Notes: generated from the letters alone by a model not told the origin. A DNA stretch of 64,000 nt from an uncultured Gemmatimonadales bacterium (GCA_963815515.1 CAWFGP010000003.1:1026429-1090428); one strand, 5' to 3'; shown: positions 19,405-34,452, counted from the stretch's first letter. Numbers and translations are program-made.

Positions 19405-19565
19405 CTACTGGGCGCGGCCGTAGGTGCACATCGGGGCGTGACCGTGCCCCTCCATGCCGACCGCATCGATGCACGCATCGGGTCCGCGCCCGCCGGTCAG
19501 CTCCTCGAGGCGCTCGAGCACATCCTCCTCTGCACAGTTGATCGTGTCCGACACCGCGCCGCGGT
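19405..19565 (-). pseudogene. Internal fragment of a Zn-dependent alcohol/formaldehyde dehydrogenase
   Basis: The tail of track ORF 19405..20088 reads 'TINCAEEDVLERLEELTGGRGPDACIDAVGMEGHG', a typical MDR-family segment. No N-terminal catalytic domain is present and only a short tail follows. Confidence 0.45.
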
Positions 19566-19577
19566 GCGCCGTCCGGC

Positions 19578-20012
19578 TCAGGCTTCGCGGCGTCTCGACT
19601 CGAGGTGCTCGGAAGGAAACTGGGACAGCCACGAACGAACGGCGCGGAGAACGTCGGGCAGGTCGAAGGGCGGAGCGAGGAAGCGCAAATCCTGGGGGAG
19701 TCCCGAGGGGTCGTCGGGGGACGAGCCGATCTGGTCCGCGATGCCCAGCATCGGGACCGAAGGAGCGAGTGCCCGCAACCGGTGAGCGAGCGCCACCGTG
19801 CTCGCATCCAGTACCCGGGCGGCCAGCACGAGCAGCGACGGCTGGGTCTTGCGCTCGGTGAGGGCCTCCGCTGCGGCATGGTCGTCGGGACAGGCCATCA
19901 CCTGGAACCCCGAGCGGTCGAGGAACTTGGCCATCGTCTGGCGGAGCATGGGCTCGGCCTCGACGAGCAGGATGACGGGACGGACGGACGGGTTGAGCTG
20001 GGGCGGCGGCAT
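19578..20012 (-). CDS. Receiver-like (REC) single-domain protein lacking canonical acidic pocket and phospho-acceptor Asp
   Basis: From ATG 20012: MPPPQLNPSVRPVILLVEAEPMLRQTMAKFLDRSGFQVMA...PSLLVLAARVLD...PPFDLPDVLRAV. The fold signature is CheY-like, but 'EAE' replaces DD/ED and 'LVLAAR' sits where 'LxxxD' is expected. Confidence 0.6.
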   Translation of the reverse strand: MPPPQLNPSVRPVILLVEAEPMLRQTMAKFLDRSGFQVMACPDDHAAAEALTERKTQPSLLVLAARVLDASTVALAHRLRALAPSVPMLGIADQIGSSPDDPSGLPQDLRFLAPPFDLPDVLRAVRSWLSQFPSEHLESRRREA

Positions 20013-20176
20013 GCGGTCCCTGCGGTAGGGGCGACGTGAGCGCGGGCGAATGTTGATGAAACTGCCGGGTGAGAGCATCATTGGGCAATGGGCGGACCGG
20101 CCCACCATCCGTGCCTGGGGCATCCTGGCCAGGAATCCCGCAGTCGACCGCCCCTTTGCCGAGCGAGAGTGCCTAC

Positions 20177-20761
20177 ATGCCGACGCAACGCCGCCCGCTG
20201 CCCTCGAGCCTCCTGTTCGGCCGCGCGTTTCTCCGGCATCCGCGGATGCTGGGGTCCGTGGTGCCGAGCAGCCGGTTCCTGATCTCGCGCATCCTGCGCC
20301 AGGCGGACTGGGGGCGCACGCGGGTGGTGGTGGAGGCCGGCCCCGGCGTGGGCACGCTCACCACGGGGATCCTCGACCGGCTCCACCAGGATGGCACGGT
20401 CGTGGCCTTCGAGATGAACCGGACCTTCGTGACGCACCTGCGCGGTGAGATCGCCGATCCCAGGCTGGCGGTGCTGCATCGCTCGGCCGCCGACGCCGGC
20501 CCCGCCCTGGCCGAGCGTGGCACCGGGCAGGTCGACTTGCTGGTGTCGGGTATCCCGCTCAGCGGGCTCACCCGGCAGGCCCGCCTCGACCTCGTGGCGG
20601 GATGGCGGCAGCTGCTCAGTCCGGGTGGGGTCATGGTGGTCTATCAGTTCACCCGGTCCGTCGTACCCGACCTGCGCCGAGTGTTCGGCCACGTGCGGCA
20701 GGAATTCGAGCCGCTCAACGTGTTGCCTGCATGGGTGTGGCGCTGCGAGGCACCGGCCTGA
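20177..20761 (+). CDS. Class I SAM-dependent methyltransferase (phospholipid N-methyltransferase / RrnaAD-like)
   Basis: Track ORF 20069..20761, trimmed to ATG 20177. Shows 'FLRHPRMLGSVVPSSRFL', the SAM motif 'VVEAGPGVGTLT' and 'LVSGIPL'. Confidence 0.7.
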   Translation: MPTQRRPLPSSLLFGRAFLRHPRMLGSVVPSSRFLISRILRQADWGRTRVVVEAGPGVGTLTTGILDRLHQDGTVVAFEMNRTFVTHLRGEIADPRLAVLHRSAADAGPALAERGTGQVDLLVSGIPLSGLTRQARLDLVAGWRQLLSPGGVMVVYQFTRSVVPDLRRVFGHVRQEFEPLNVLPAWVWRCEAPA

Positions 20762-20774
20762 AGTCAGGAGCGGC

Positions 20775-26285
<5,511 letters not shown>

Positions 26286-26391
26286 GGGGCGAGGCACGAG
26301 GTTCGTGCCGCCATGGAGTTTACGGGTCCTCGGGGCGGGCTGCCAGGGGTGGGCGGCGTGGGGGATGGCGGCCGAGAGTACATTTGACCCC

Positions 26392-27033
26392 ATGGTCCTC
26401 CACCTGCGCCTTGCCATGCTTTTCCTGCTCGCCCTTCCCGCTGTGCTTTCCGCCCAGGAGCGGACGCCGCGACGCGGCCCTCGACCGTCGGTGGGCGGCG
26501 AGGTCGGCTATTCGCGGAGCGATCTCGGCGGCCCTGATGCGGAGCGCATCCGGAGCCGCCAGGGGGCCCTCACCGGCGTCTACCTGCAGCTGCCGCTCGC
26601 CGGGCCCCTGAGCCTCCGGCCGGAGATCCTGTTCGCCCTCAAGGGCGGGCGGGTGCAGACGGATGTGGCGGGCGGCGGCACGGTGGACATCGGGCTCGCC
26701 TACATCGAGCTGCCGGTGCTGCTCCGGGCAGGACCGCGCCGGGGGCGGTTTCGGCCGGTGGTGTTCGGGGGCCCGGCCCCCGCGCTGCAGATCGGCTGCG
26801 ACGTCCAGGTCGCCGACCCCAATACCCCCGTGCGGGCCACCTGCGGCGAGACCGACCTGCCGGCCTTCCGTTCGTTCGACGTGGGACTGGTCGCCGGCGG
26901 CGGGCTCGAGGTGCGGTGGCCGCAGTCGGCGCTGGCGCTCGAGGCGCGGTACACGACGGGGCTGCGGTCGGTGCTGAACGAGGTGGATGTGAGGAATCGG
27001 TCGTTTGGGGTCGTGTTGTCGTTGACGTTTTGA
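26392..27033 (+). CDS. Outer-membrane beta-barrel protein (OMP_b-brl/porin-like)
   Basis: Track ORF 26275..27033, trimmed to ATG 26392. Signal peptide MVLHLRLAMLFLLALPAVLSAQ, alternating beta-strand pattern, terminal '...VVLSLTF'. Confidence 0.75.
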   Translation: MVLHLRLAMLFLLALPAVLSAQERTPRRGPRPSVGGEVGYSRSDLGGPDAERIRSRQGALTGVYLQLPLAGPLSLRPEILFALKGGRVQTDVAGGGTVDIGLAYIELPVLLRAGPRRGRFRPVVFGGPAPALQIGCDVQVADPNTPVRATCGETDLPAFRSFDVGLVAGGGLEVRWPQSALALEARYTTGLRSVLNEVDVRNRSFGVVLSLTF

Positions 27034-27069
27034 GGGGGACGGAGCGGCCTGAAAGGCACGGCACCTGAA

Positions 27070-27135
27070 GTCACCCTGAGCGAAGCGAAGGGGCCATGAC
27101 TGGAACCATGGCCCCTTCGCTTCGCTCAGGGTGAC
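27070..27135. repeat. Palindromic intergenic element, family 1, copy C
   Basis: GTCACCCTGAGCGAAGCGAAGGGGCCATGACTGGAACCATGGCCCCTTCGCTTCGCTCAGGGTGAC has perfect 27-bp arms. It lies between convergent genes. Confidence 0.9.
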
Positions 27136-27157
27136 TCGCTACTTCCGTATTTCCGTC

Positions 27158-30100
27158 TCAGAACAAATACCGTCCCCCCACCTGAAACTGCCGTGGCTCG
27201 CCGAGGCCGCTCCGGAGCGTGCCGTCGAAGTTGAGGAAGACCCCACCAGCGCCCGGATCCCGGAAATTGTCGGTATTGGTGACGTTGAACACCTCTAGAA
27301 TGGCCTCAAACGTTCCCTGGCGGCCCAGGTTGAACGGCCGGGAAAGCCGGATGTCCCAGGAGAAGTAGGCGTTGTCCTTGCGGATCGTGTTGCGCTTGAG
27401 GATATGGCCATCGGGGCAGATCCGCAGTGCCTGTCCCGACTGCGCCGCCGACGGCACGCGCACTCCGGTGCCCTCGTTGTTCGCCCCGCAGATCTCGGAC
27501 GCCGGCTGCGCCGAGTACGCGCTGACCCGGTTGTTGAGGTAGAAATCGCCGGGCAGCACGGCCAGAAACCAGGCGTTGAAGCGGTGCCGCTGGTCCCGGT
27601 CGCTCCAGTTGTACTCGGCCTGCAGGGAATCCGCCTGGGCATAGCGGAAGGTGAACGGATCCCGCTCGTTGTCGTCGTCGGCCTTGTCGAACGAGAGGGT
27701 GTAGTTGACCTGGAACTGCAAGTGCGGATCGATCGTCCGCCGCAGCTCCGCGGTGAAGCCGTTGTAGCGCGACTTGGCGCTGCTCTGCACGACGAACAGC
27801 TGGCCGATGCCGTTGGGCCCGCCGTTCAGGCCGGTCGACCAGGGACCGTTCACGTCGTCGCCGAACACCGGATCGTTCGCGTTGAAGAAGCGCGTAAGGT
27901 GGTCGGTGCGGGCGTGGGTGTAGCTCAGGGAGCCGGCCAGGCCTGGAGCCAGCTCGCGCTCGAACGCCACGGTGGCGGTGAACGTCCGGGGGTTCTCGAA
28001 GTTCTCGTCGAACACGTGCACTTCCGGCCGGAACGGGCCGCCGGTCGGCGATGCGAGCAGGTCGCCATAGTTGGGTGGGGGGCCGCCGAACACGGCGTCG
28101 AGTCCGCTGATGCGCACCAGCGTCTGGCCGCGCGAGCCGTCCGTGCTGCGGACGCTGGCCAGATTGAGGCCTGGAATGCGCGCGTAGTAGAGGCCCGCGT
28201 TGGCCCGGAGCACCTGCTTGCCGTCGCCCTTGAAATCGTAGGCCAGGCCGAAGCGCGGCTGGAACATGCTGTAGTCGGACGGGATGGTGCCGTCGGACGG
28301 GAAGCTGAACGTCCCCGCCGGCGTGGTGACCGTCTGGCCGATGAACGGAGCGTAGAACAGATCCGAAATCGGCGTGATCAGGTCCGGCTCGATCTGCGCC
28401 TCCCACCGGAGGCCGTAGTTGAGCGTGAGCTTCGAGCTCGGCTTCCAGCTGTCCTGGAGGAAGAGCGCCAGCTCGTGCTGGATGATCGTCTGGGTGCCCG
28501 CCTCCTCGACCGTGATCGGCGGGACGCCGGCCTGCTGGAGGTAGAGGACGACGGGGCCGGTGATGTGCTCGCCGGCAGGGCAGGCGCCGGTGGTCTGACT
28601 GGGCGTCGGCGCCTGGGTTACGTCGTCCGCGCACTCCACGTAGCCGTTGCCGTTGGCCACGTAGTTGAGGAATCCGTCCACCGAGCCGAACGCCATGCGC
28701 CCGTTGGCGAACCCGAGGAAGGTCTGGTTCACGCCCGTCCGGTTCCACTCGGCGCCGAGCTTGAACAGGTGGTCGCCTTTGACCAGCGAGATGTTGTCCA
28801 GGACCTGGAATCGGTAGTCATAGGCCGTGTGCAGCGGGATGAAGAACGGCATGCCGATCCGGTACTGGCCCCCGAAATCGATGTCGGTGTCCGGAAACGG
28901 CCGTCCCGTCGAGGGGTTGGTCGCGCCGGTATAGGGCCGGGGCCGGTCTTCGCGCGCCCACTGGAACCGGAACTCATTGGAGAGCGCCGACGAGAACAGC
29001 GAGGTCAGGCTCCCGTTCACCGCGTGCGAGTGATCGTTTTCCAGCGCGTTGGCACTCCGACCCCAGGTGTCCACGTCGAAGGTGCCGTTCTGCTGGCTCG
29101 AGCGGGTGTAGTTGTACTTGAGGGTGGCGTTGTGCTTCGGGCTCAGCCGGAAATCGAGCTTCGCCAGGAGCGCGTTGGCGTCGTTGGTGCGCGCGATGGG
29201 CCCGAAATCCCCCGCGAGCGCCCCGCCGAAGGCCGTATCCGTGAACGCCAACAGCCGCGGATCGATCAGCCCCGTCCGGCTCTTCTGTTTGGTCTCGCTG
29301 AATTCCTGCTGGTCGTACGCAAGGAAGAAGAACGCCTTGTCACGTACGATCGGGCCGCCGAACGTCGCGCCGAACTGGTGCTGCTGGAAATCCGGGCTGA
29401 AGCCCGACGCGTCGTGCCTGAAGTCGGCCGAGAGTCCGTCGTACTTGCCGAAATAGTGCGCCGAGCCGTGCAGCTCGTTGGTGCCCGACTTGGTGATGAC
29501 GTTGATGAACCCGCCGCTCGAGCGGCCGAACTCGGCGTTGGCCCCGTCGGCCACGACCACGAAATCCTGCACCGCGTCGAGGTTGAACGTGAAGGCCGGC
29601 CGCTGGCCGCCGCGCTGCTCGCCGAAGAACGGATTGTTGAAGTCGGCCCCGTCGACGGAGACGTTGTTGTGGATGCCGCGCTGGCCGCCGACGCTGATCT
29701 CGTCGCCGTCCGGGCCCTGCACGATGGCCACGTTCGGGGTCAGGGTCGTGAAGTTGAAGATGTTGCGGCCGTTGTTGGGCAGTCCCTCCACCGCCTCCAC
29801 GCCGAGCCGGGTGGCACCCTCCGACCGGGTCACGTCGATCGTCGGCTCGGCGCCTGCCACCGTGATCTCTTGCAGCTGCACGGCCTGCGGAGTGAGAGCG
29901 AACGGAACGTCGAGCGTTTCCCCCAGCCGGAGGGACAGGCCGGTCTTCCGGGATTCCTGGAACCCAACCGCGCGGGCGGCGATGTCGTAGGTACCGACCC
30001 GGAGCAGCGTCGCCGCGTACACACCGCGCTCGTTTGTGGTGAGGACCCGCTCGGCGTTGGTCTCGACGTTCCGGAGTGTCACCGAGGCGCCGGCCAGCGC

Positions 30101-30241
30101 GCCGCCGGACGAATCGCTGACGATACCGCGGATGACACCGGTCGTGGCTTGCGCCTGCGCCGCCAGCCGGCCCGGAACCGCGGCCAGGGCGAGACCCAGC
30201 AGGACGAGAGTGGAGCGTTGCAGCAGACTGGGCAGCGGCAT
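27158..30241 (-). CDS. TonB-dependent receptor with N-terminal carboxypeptidase-regulatory-like domain (Oar-like)
   Basis: Signal peptide, 'GVIRGIVSDSSGGALAGASVTLRNVETN...ERGVYAATLLRVGTYDI' (CarboxypepD_reg), plug 'GLPNNGRNIFNF', a long beta-barrel and the terminal 'QVGGRYLF'. Confidence 0.9.
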   Translation of the reverse strand: MPLPSLLQRSTLVLLGLALAAVPGRLAAQAQATTGVIRGIVSDSSGGALAGASVTLRNVETNAERVLTTNERGVYAATLLRVGTYDIAARAVGFQESRKTGLSLRLGETLDVPFALTPQAVQLQEITVAGAEPTIDVTRSEGATRLGVEAVEGLPNNGRNIFNFTTLTPNVAIVQGPDGDEISVGGQRGIHNNVSVDGADFNNPFFGEQRGGQRPAFTFNLDAVQDFVVVADGANAEFGRSSGGFINVITKSGTNELHGSAHYFGKYDGLSADFRHDASGFSPDFQQHQFGATFGGPIVRDKAFFFLAYDQQEFSETKQKSRTGLIDPRLLAFTDTAFGGALAGDFGPIARTNDANALLAKLDFRLSPKHNATLKYNYTRSSQQNGTFDVDTWGRSANALENDHSHAVNGSLTSLFSSALSNEFRFQWAREDRPRPYTGATNPSTGRPFPDTDIDFGGQYRIGMPFFIPLHTAYDYRFQVLDNISLVKGDHLFKLGAEWNRTGVNQTFLGFANGRMAFGSVDGFLNYVANGNGYVECADDVTQAPTPSQTTGACPAGEHITGPVVLYLQQAGVPPITVEEAGTQTIIQHELALFLQDSWKPSSKLTLNYGLRWEAQIEPDLITPISDLFYAPFIGQTVTTPAGTFSFPSDGTIPSDYSMFQPRFGLAYDFKGDGKQVLRANAGLYYARIPGLNLASVRSTDGSRGQTLVRISGLDAVFGGPPPNYGDLLASPTGGPFRPEVHVFDENFENPRTFTATVAFERELAPGLAGSLSYTHARTDHLTRFFNANDPVFGDDVNGPWSTGLNGGPNGIGQLFVVQSSAKSRYNGFTAELRRTIDPHLQFQVNYTLSFDKADDDNERDPFTFRYAQADSLQAEYNWSDRDQRHRFNAWFLAVLPGDFYLNNRVSAYSAQPASEICGANNEGTGVRVPSAAQSGQALRICPDGHILKRNTIRKDNAYFSWDIRLSRPFNLGRQGTFEAILEVFNVTNTDNFRDPGAGGVFLNFDGTLRSGLGEPRQFQVGGRYLF

Positions 30242-30490
30242 AGGCGGGACTTCCTTTCGAGGCGACGGTAGAGACGCGGGCCGATCGCGCGCCCGGGCGG
30301 CTCCGGGCCGGAACGGCGGCGCGTTTGGGGTTGGGTCGGGATAGCATACCGTTTCGCTGGGCCGTCGGCAAGGCAGGTGTGGGGTCCGTCACAGAATTGT
30401 CGCGTTCCGGGGCCGATGTTGCTACGGCCTTACGGCCCCCCCGTCGTCGTCCCTTCCCCAACCGGCGGCACGCCGTCGCCAGCGGAGCCC

Positions 30491-32965
30491 ATGAGCCAGA
30501 GTGGCGCCACGCCCAGCCTGCCCGTCAGCCGCGATCTCCTCCGCCTGATCGCGGGAGACTCGCCCGATTGGGCGCGCGTCGCGGCGTGCGTGCGTGGACC
30601 GCTCCTGACGATGGCCGCCGTGGTGCTGCTCGACATCCTGCGCCGGCACGACGTGGGCCTCGTCTCGCCGTTCCCCGTCCTGGTGCTGACGGTGGTCTAT
30701 TCCGCGTACGTCGGCGGGCTCCGGCCCGCCCTCGTGAGCGTGGCGGTAAGCCTGCTGTATGCGCTCCATTTCTTCGCGGAGCCGGGGCTGCCACTCCACT
30801 ACTCCACCGTCCAGGGCAGGAGCCTCATGGCCGTGGCGGCGTCGACGGTGCTCGCGGGCGTGCTGGCGTCGCGACTGTACGACCGGGCCCGGCAGTCCGA
30901 GGCGCCCGAGGTCTCCCGGGCGGAGGTCGAGGCGCTGGCGCGTCGGTTCTCGTTCCTCGAGCAGGGATCGCTCATCCTGAGCTCCGCCCGCCAGTTCGAC
31001 GAGATCTTCCGCGACCTCGCGAGGCTGCTGGTTCCCGCCCTGGCCGATTGGTGCGCCGTCCATGTGGCGGCCGAGGACGGCGCGCTCCGGTTCGTCGCCG
31101 GGGCCCACCGCGATCCCTCACGCGAGCTCGTGGTCCGGGCGCTCGCGGACTACGGCCCGCGCACGCTGCCGTTCGCCTCCGCGCCGACGGGCCCGTGGGT
31201 GGTGGAGGTCACCGAGGCGCTCCTCCGCGACTCCGCTGTGGACGCGGAGGCGCTCAAGCTGTACCGCGCACTGGCGCCGAAGGCGGTGCTCCGGCTGCCG
31301 GTCCGCGCGGGCGACCAAACGGTCGGGTTCCTTACCCTGGCAATGGCGAGCGATTCCGGCCGCCGCTTCGCGCCGGCGGACATCGCGCTGGCGGAAGAGC
31401 TGGCCCGCAACTCGGGCCTCGCCCTCGAGCAGGTGCGCCTGCGCCAGGACGCGCGGGAAACCGACCGCCGTGCCCGGCTGGTCTTCGACGCGCATCCCCA
31501 GCCGATGTGGATCTTCGACGTGGACACGCTGGCGATCCTGGCGGTCAACGAGGCCGCGCTGCAGCACTACGGCTGGACCCGTGAGGAATTCGGGGAGATG
31601 ACCATCATGGACCTGCTGGCGCCCGAGGACCTGGCGCCGCTGGCATCCGCCGCGGTCGACCACGCCCCGCTGCGCGGAGAGGTGGCGCGGGCCCACCACC
31701 AGCGACGGGACGGGTCGCTGGTGGACATGGAGCTCGTCAGCCACGAGGTCGAGCTCGACGGCCGCCGCGCACGGCTGGTCCTGGCCACGGACACGACCGA
31801 TCGGACGCGAACGCGGGCAGCGCTCTACCAGAGCGAGGAGCAGCTCCGCCACGCGCATCGCACCGAGGCGCTGGGACGGATCGCGGGTGGGGTGGCACAC
31901 GACTTCAACAACCTGCTCACCACGATCCGCGGGTTCGGAGAGATGCTGCTCCTCGACATGGTTCCCGACGACCGCCGCCGGCACGACGTCGAGCGCATCT
32001 GCCGGGCCGCCGACCGCGGGGCGCTCCTGACCCGCCAGCTGCTCGCGTTCGGACGGCAGCAGGCGCAGGAGCCGCGTGCGGTCAACGTCAACGACGTGGT
32101 GCGCGGCATGGAGCCGCTGGTCCAGCGGCTGGTCGGGGCCGATGTGCGCCTCGACGTGCGACTGTCCGCCGGAATCGGCGCGGTGCGGATGGACCCCGCA
32201 CAACTGGAGCACGTGGTGGTGAACCTGATCCTCGGCGCGCGCGATGCCATGCCTGCGGGCGGGCACCTCACCATCGAGACGACCGAGCGGCGGATCAGCG
32301 GGATCAGCCGCGGGCGTCCGGTGCGCCCGGGCCGCTACATCGTGCTGGCCGTGGGTGACTCCGGGAGCGGCCTGGATCAGGATGGGAGCGGCCCGGCGGA
32401 CGATCCGTTCAGGCCTCCGGCGGCCATCGGGCGGGCGATCGTGTTCGGCATCGTCCGGCAGTATGGTGGCGTCGTACGGGTATCGAGCGAGGCCGGGGAG
32501 GGAACGCTGGTGAAGGTCTATCTGCCGCGACTCGAGGCCGACGCCGGCGAGGTTCTCGTCGAGGAGCCGGACATCGCCTCGCTGCGGGGCTCGGAGACCG
32601 TGCTGGTGGCGGAGGACGAGGACGGCGTACGCGAGCTGCTGCGCAAGGTGCTCGCCGAGTTCGGGTACACGGTGCTCACGGCCCGGCATGGGCGCGACGC
32701 CCTGATGGTGGCGGGCGACCGGAGCGAGGACATCGACCTGTTGCTGACCGACGTGGTGATGCCGGAGATGAGCGGGCGCGAGCTGGCGGAGACGCTCCGC
32801 TACCGTCAGCCCGACCTCAAGGTGCTCTATATCTCGGGGTACACGGACGACGAGGTGGTCCAACGGGGCGTCAGCGGCCCGGAGATTGCCTTCATGCGGA
32901 AGCCGTTCGCCTCGGAGGAGCTGGTGCGCCGGGTGAGGGCGCTGCTGGACGCCGCCCCGGTCTGA
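30491..32965 (+). CDS. Hybrid sensor histidine kinase/response regulator (membrane N-terminus, GAF-like, PAS, HisKA, HATPase_c, REC)
   Basis: Track ORF 30377..32965; the start is uncertain (30377, 30416 or 30491). Shows 'PMWIFDVDTLAILAVNEAALQHYGW' (PAS), 'GGVAHDFNNLLTTIRG' (H-box), 'AVGDSGSGLD' and 'VLVAEDEDGVRELL...LLLTDVVMPEMSG' (REC). Confidence 0.88.
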   Translation: MSQSGATPSLPVSRDLLRLIAGDSPDWARVAACVRGPLLTMAAVVLLDILRRHDVGLVSPFPVLVLTVVYSAYVGGLRPALVSVAVSLLYALHFFAEPGLPLHYSTVQGRSLMAVAASTVLAGVLASRLYDRARQSEAPEVSRAEVEALARRFSFLEQGSLILSSARQFDEIFRDLARLLVPALADWCAVHVAAEDGALRFVAGAHRDPSRELVVRALADYGPRTLPFASAPTGPWVVEVTEALLRDSAVDAEALKLYRALAPKAVLRLPVRAGDQTVGFLTLAMASDSGRRFAPADIALAEELARNSGLALEQVRLRQDARETDRRARLVFDAHPQPMWIFDVDTLAILAVNEAALQHYGWTREEFGEMTIMDLLAPEDLAPLASAAVDHAPLRGEVARAHHQRRDGSLVDMELVSHEVELDGRRARLVLATDTTDRTRTRAALYQSEEQLRHAHRTEALGRIAGGVAHDFNNLLTTIRGFGEMLLLDMVPDDRRRHDVERICRAADRGALLTRQLLAFGRQQAQEPRAVNVNDVVRGMEPLVQRLVGADVRLDVRLSAGIGAVRMDPAQLEHVVVNLILGARDAMPAGGHLTIETTERRISGISRGRPVRPGRYIVLAVGDSGSGLDQDGSGPADDPFRPPAAIGRAIVFGIVRQYGGVVRVSSEAGEGTLVKVYLPRLEADAGEVLVEEPDIASLRGSETVLVAEDEDGVRELLRKVLAEFGYTVLTARHGRDALMVAGDRSEDIDLLLTDVVMPEMSGRELAETLRYRQPDLKVLYISGYTDDEVVQRGVSGPEIAFMRKPFASEELVRRVRALLDAAPV

Positions 32966-32983
32966 GGCGACGTCCGGTGGGAG

Positions 32984-33330
32984 CTAGCGAACCCGCGGCC
33001 GGTAGGTGCGAAGGGCGTCGGGCGGGACCTCGCCGTGGAGCCAGATGGCGGTCTCGCCCAGCACCCATCCGAGCGGTGAGCCTTGCGGGGCCGGCTGCCC
33101 CGTACGGAGCCGCTGCTGGTCCAGCATGATCAGGCGGCCCTGCGAATCCTGGTACACCACCCGCACGACCGGCCGGGTGGCATCGGCGCCGGGCACCGCG
33201 ACCCCCTGCGCCAGACCCATGAACATCGCACTCATTCCCTCGATCACATGCGCCGGACCACCGAGCTGGCGCGACGCCTCGTCGAGACCGATCCGGAGAT
33301 AGACCTGCGCGCGCTGCTCGAGCGTGGGCG
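32984..33330 (-). CDS. C-terminal domain of the anti-sigma factor, in a different frame from its N-terminal part
   Basis: Track ORF 32984..33247. The same frame is open further upstream and reads 'PPPPTPPTLEQRAQVYLRIGLDEASRQLGGPAHVIEGMSAMFMGLAQG...'. There is no ATG/GTG/TTG upstream of 33247 in this frame within the roughly 290 nt I translated (up to about 33540). Confidence 0.5.
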
Positions 33331-34452
33331 GGGTCGGAGGTGGCGGGGCCGCCTGGGCGGCCCGCCCGACGGTCGGGGCGGCTCCGGCCGCTGCGCCGCG
33401 GGGCGCCGCCGGCGCTGGGCATCGAGCGCGGCGGTGGCGGCAGCGGCCTGGTTGCGCCGCCGCTCGCGATCGAGGTCGGCAAGTGCATCGGCGGCGCGCG
33501 CCCGGACCGTCGCGAGATCCTCGGTGCCCGAAGAGTCCTGGCTGGGTTCGTCGGCCGGCGCAGGAGTGTCCTGCGGTGCCGCGGCCAGGTTCCCATCCGA
33601 TGCTTCGGCAGCCCCACCGGAGTCCTTGCCGGCATCGTTCTCGGCGACCTTCCCGGCATCGGCGAGTTTCCCTGCCGCTTTGGGAGCCTCCTTCAGTGCG
33701 TCCCGCGGAGCGTCGGCGCGCGCCGGTGACTTCGGCGGGGTCTCTTCCTTGGCCAGGCGAGGCCTGGTGGCGAGTGCAGCCGCGGCGGTGTCCGAGGAAC
33801 CCGCCGGGGGCTGCGGGGCTTCCTCGGGGCTCACGATCGCATCCGCCGCCTTGCTCTCCTGGGACGCTTCGAAAGCCGCTTGAGCCGGCTTGCGGAGGCG
33901 CGTGCCGATGAATCCGGCGCCAACGATCACCACGACCATTGCCGCCCAGCCGTATTTCCTGAATCGGCGCATGCGCCGGTCGGCGGCCGACTCGTTGTCG
34001 GGCATCAATAGCGGGGGCGGCGGCGCGTTCCAGGTTTCCTTGCCGGCCGGACGGTCGGGCACGGGCCGCGGTTGGGGGCGGGGGGGCGACGGCTCGGGGC
34101 GCGCGGCGGGGCTCGGGCGAAGGCCGGCGACGGGCTCGGCGCGCGCGGGCTCCGCGCGGATTGGCTCGCGGACAGGTTCGCGACGCGCAGGCTCAGGGCG
34201 CGGCGGCTCGAGCCGCGGCAACTCGGGCGTTCCCTCCATGGGCGCCAGGCGCCGCATCGGCGCCGCCGCCGCGCCATCCATCTCGACGGACGCGATCAGG
34301 CGGTCGGCCTCGTCGAGAAACTGCCGCACCTCGCGCAGCCGGAGCCCGCACGACGAGCACGAGGCCAGGTGGGCCTGAATCTCGGCCACATCATTGGGCT
34401 CCAGCTCCCCATCGAGCATGGCGTGCAGCGTGCCTTCATCAAGATGCGACAT
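33244..34452 (-). CDS. Anti-sigma factor (zf-HC2 N-terminus, one TM, long Pro/Ala-rich region)
   Basis: 'MSHLDEGTLHAMLDGELEPNDVAEIQAHLASCSSCGLRLREV' (zf-HC2), TM 'YGWAAMVVVIVGAGFIGT'. The last roughly 50 aa (RPRHLRPRPRSSSARRSISG...) look like out-of-frame read-through. It overlaps the sigma-factor gene by 14 nt. Confidence 0.75.
   Translation of the reverse strand: MSHLDEGTLHAMLDGELEPNDVAEIQAHLASCSSCGLRLREVRQFLDEADRLIASVEMDGAAAAPMRRLAPMEGTPELPRLEPPRPEPARREPVREPIRAEPARAEPVAGLRPSPAARPEPSPPRPQPRPVPDRPAGKETWNAPPPPLLMPDNESAADRRMRRFRKYGWAAMVVVIVGAGFIGTRLRKPAQAAFEASQESKAADAIVSPEEAPQPPAGSSDTAAAALATRPRLAKEETPPKSPARADAPRDALKEAPKAAGKLADAGKVAENDAGKDSGGAAEASDGNLAAAPQDTPAPADEPSQDSSGTEDLATVRARAADALADLDRERRRNQAAAATAALDAQRRRRPAAQRPEPPRPSGGPPRRPRHLRPRPRSSSARRSISGSVSTRRRASSVVRRM

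Noticed and set aside
26293-26309. GGCACGAGGTTCGTGCC between the sigma54-activator gene and the OMP gene, as a sigma54 (-24/-12) promoter
   Set aside because: GGCACG matches the -24 element. However, the -12 position (GG-N10-GC spacing) reads GT rather than the essential GC (TCGT instead of TTGC). The motif is better described as a 7-bp inverted repeat of unknown meaning.
30242-30490. Riboswitch (for example cobalamin) or sigma54 promoter upstream of the TonB-dependent receptor
   Set aside because: Reading the minus strand, I found no B12-box-like or TGGCAC-N5-TTGC-like sequence. Nothing can be supported by eye.
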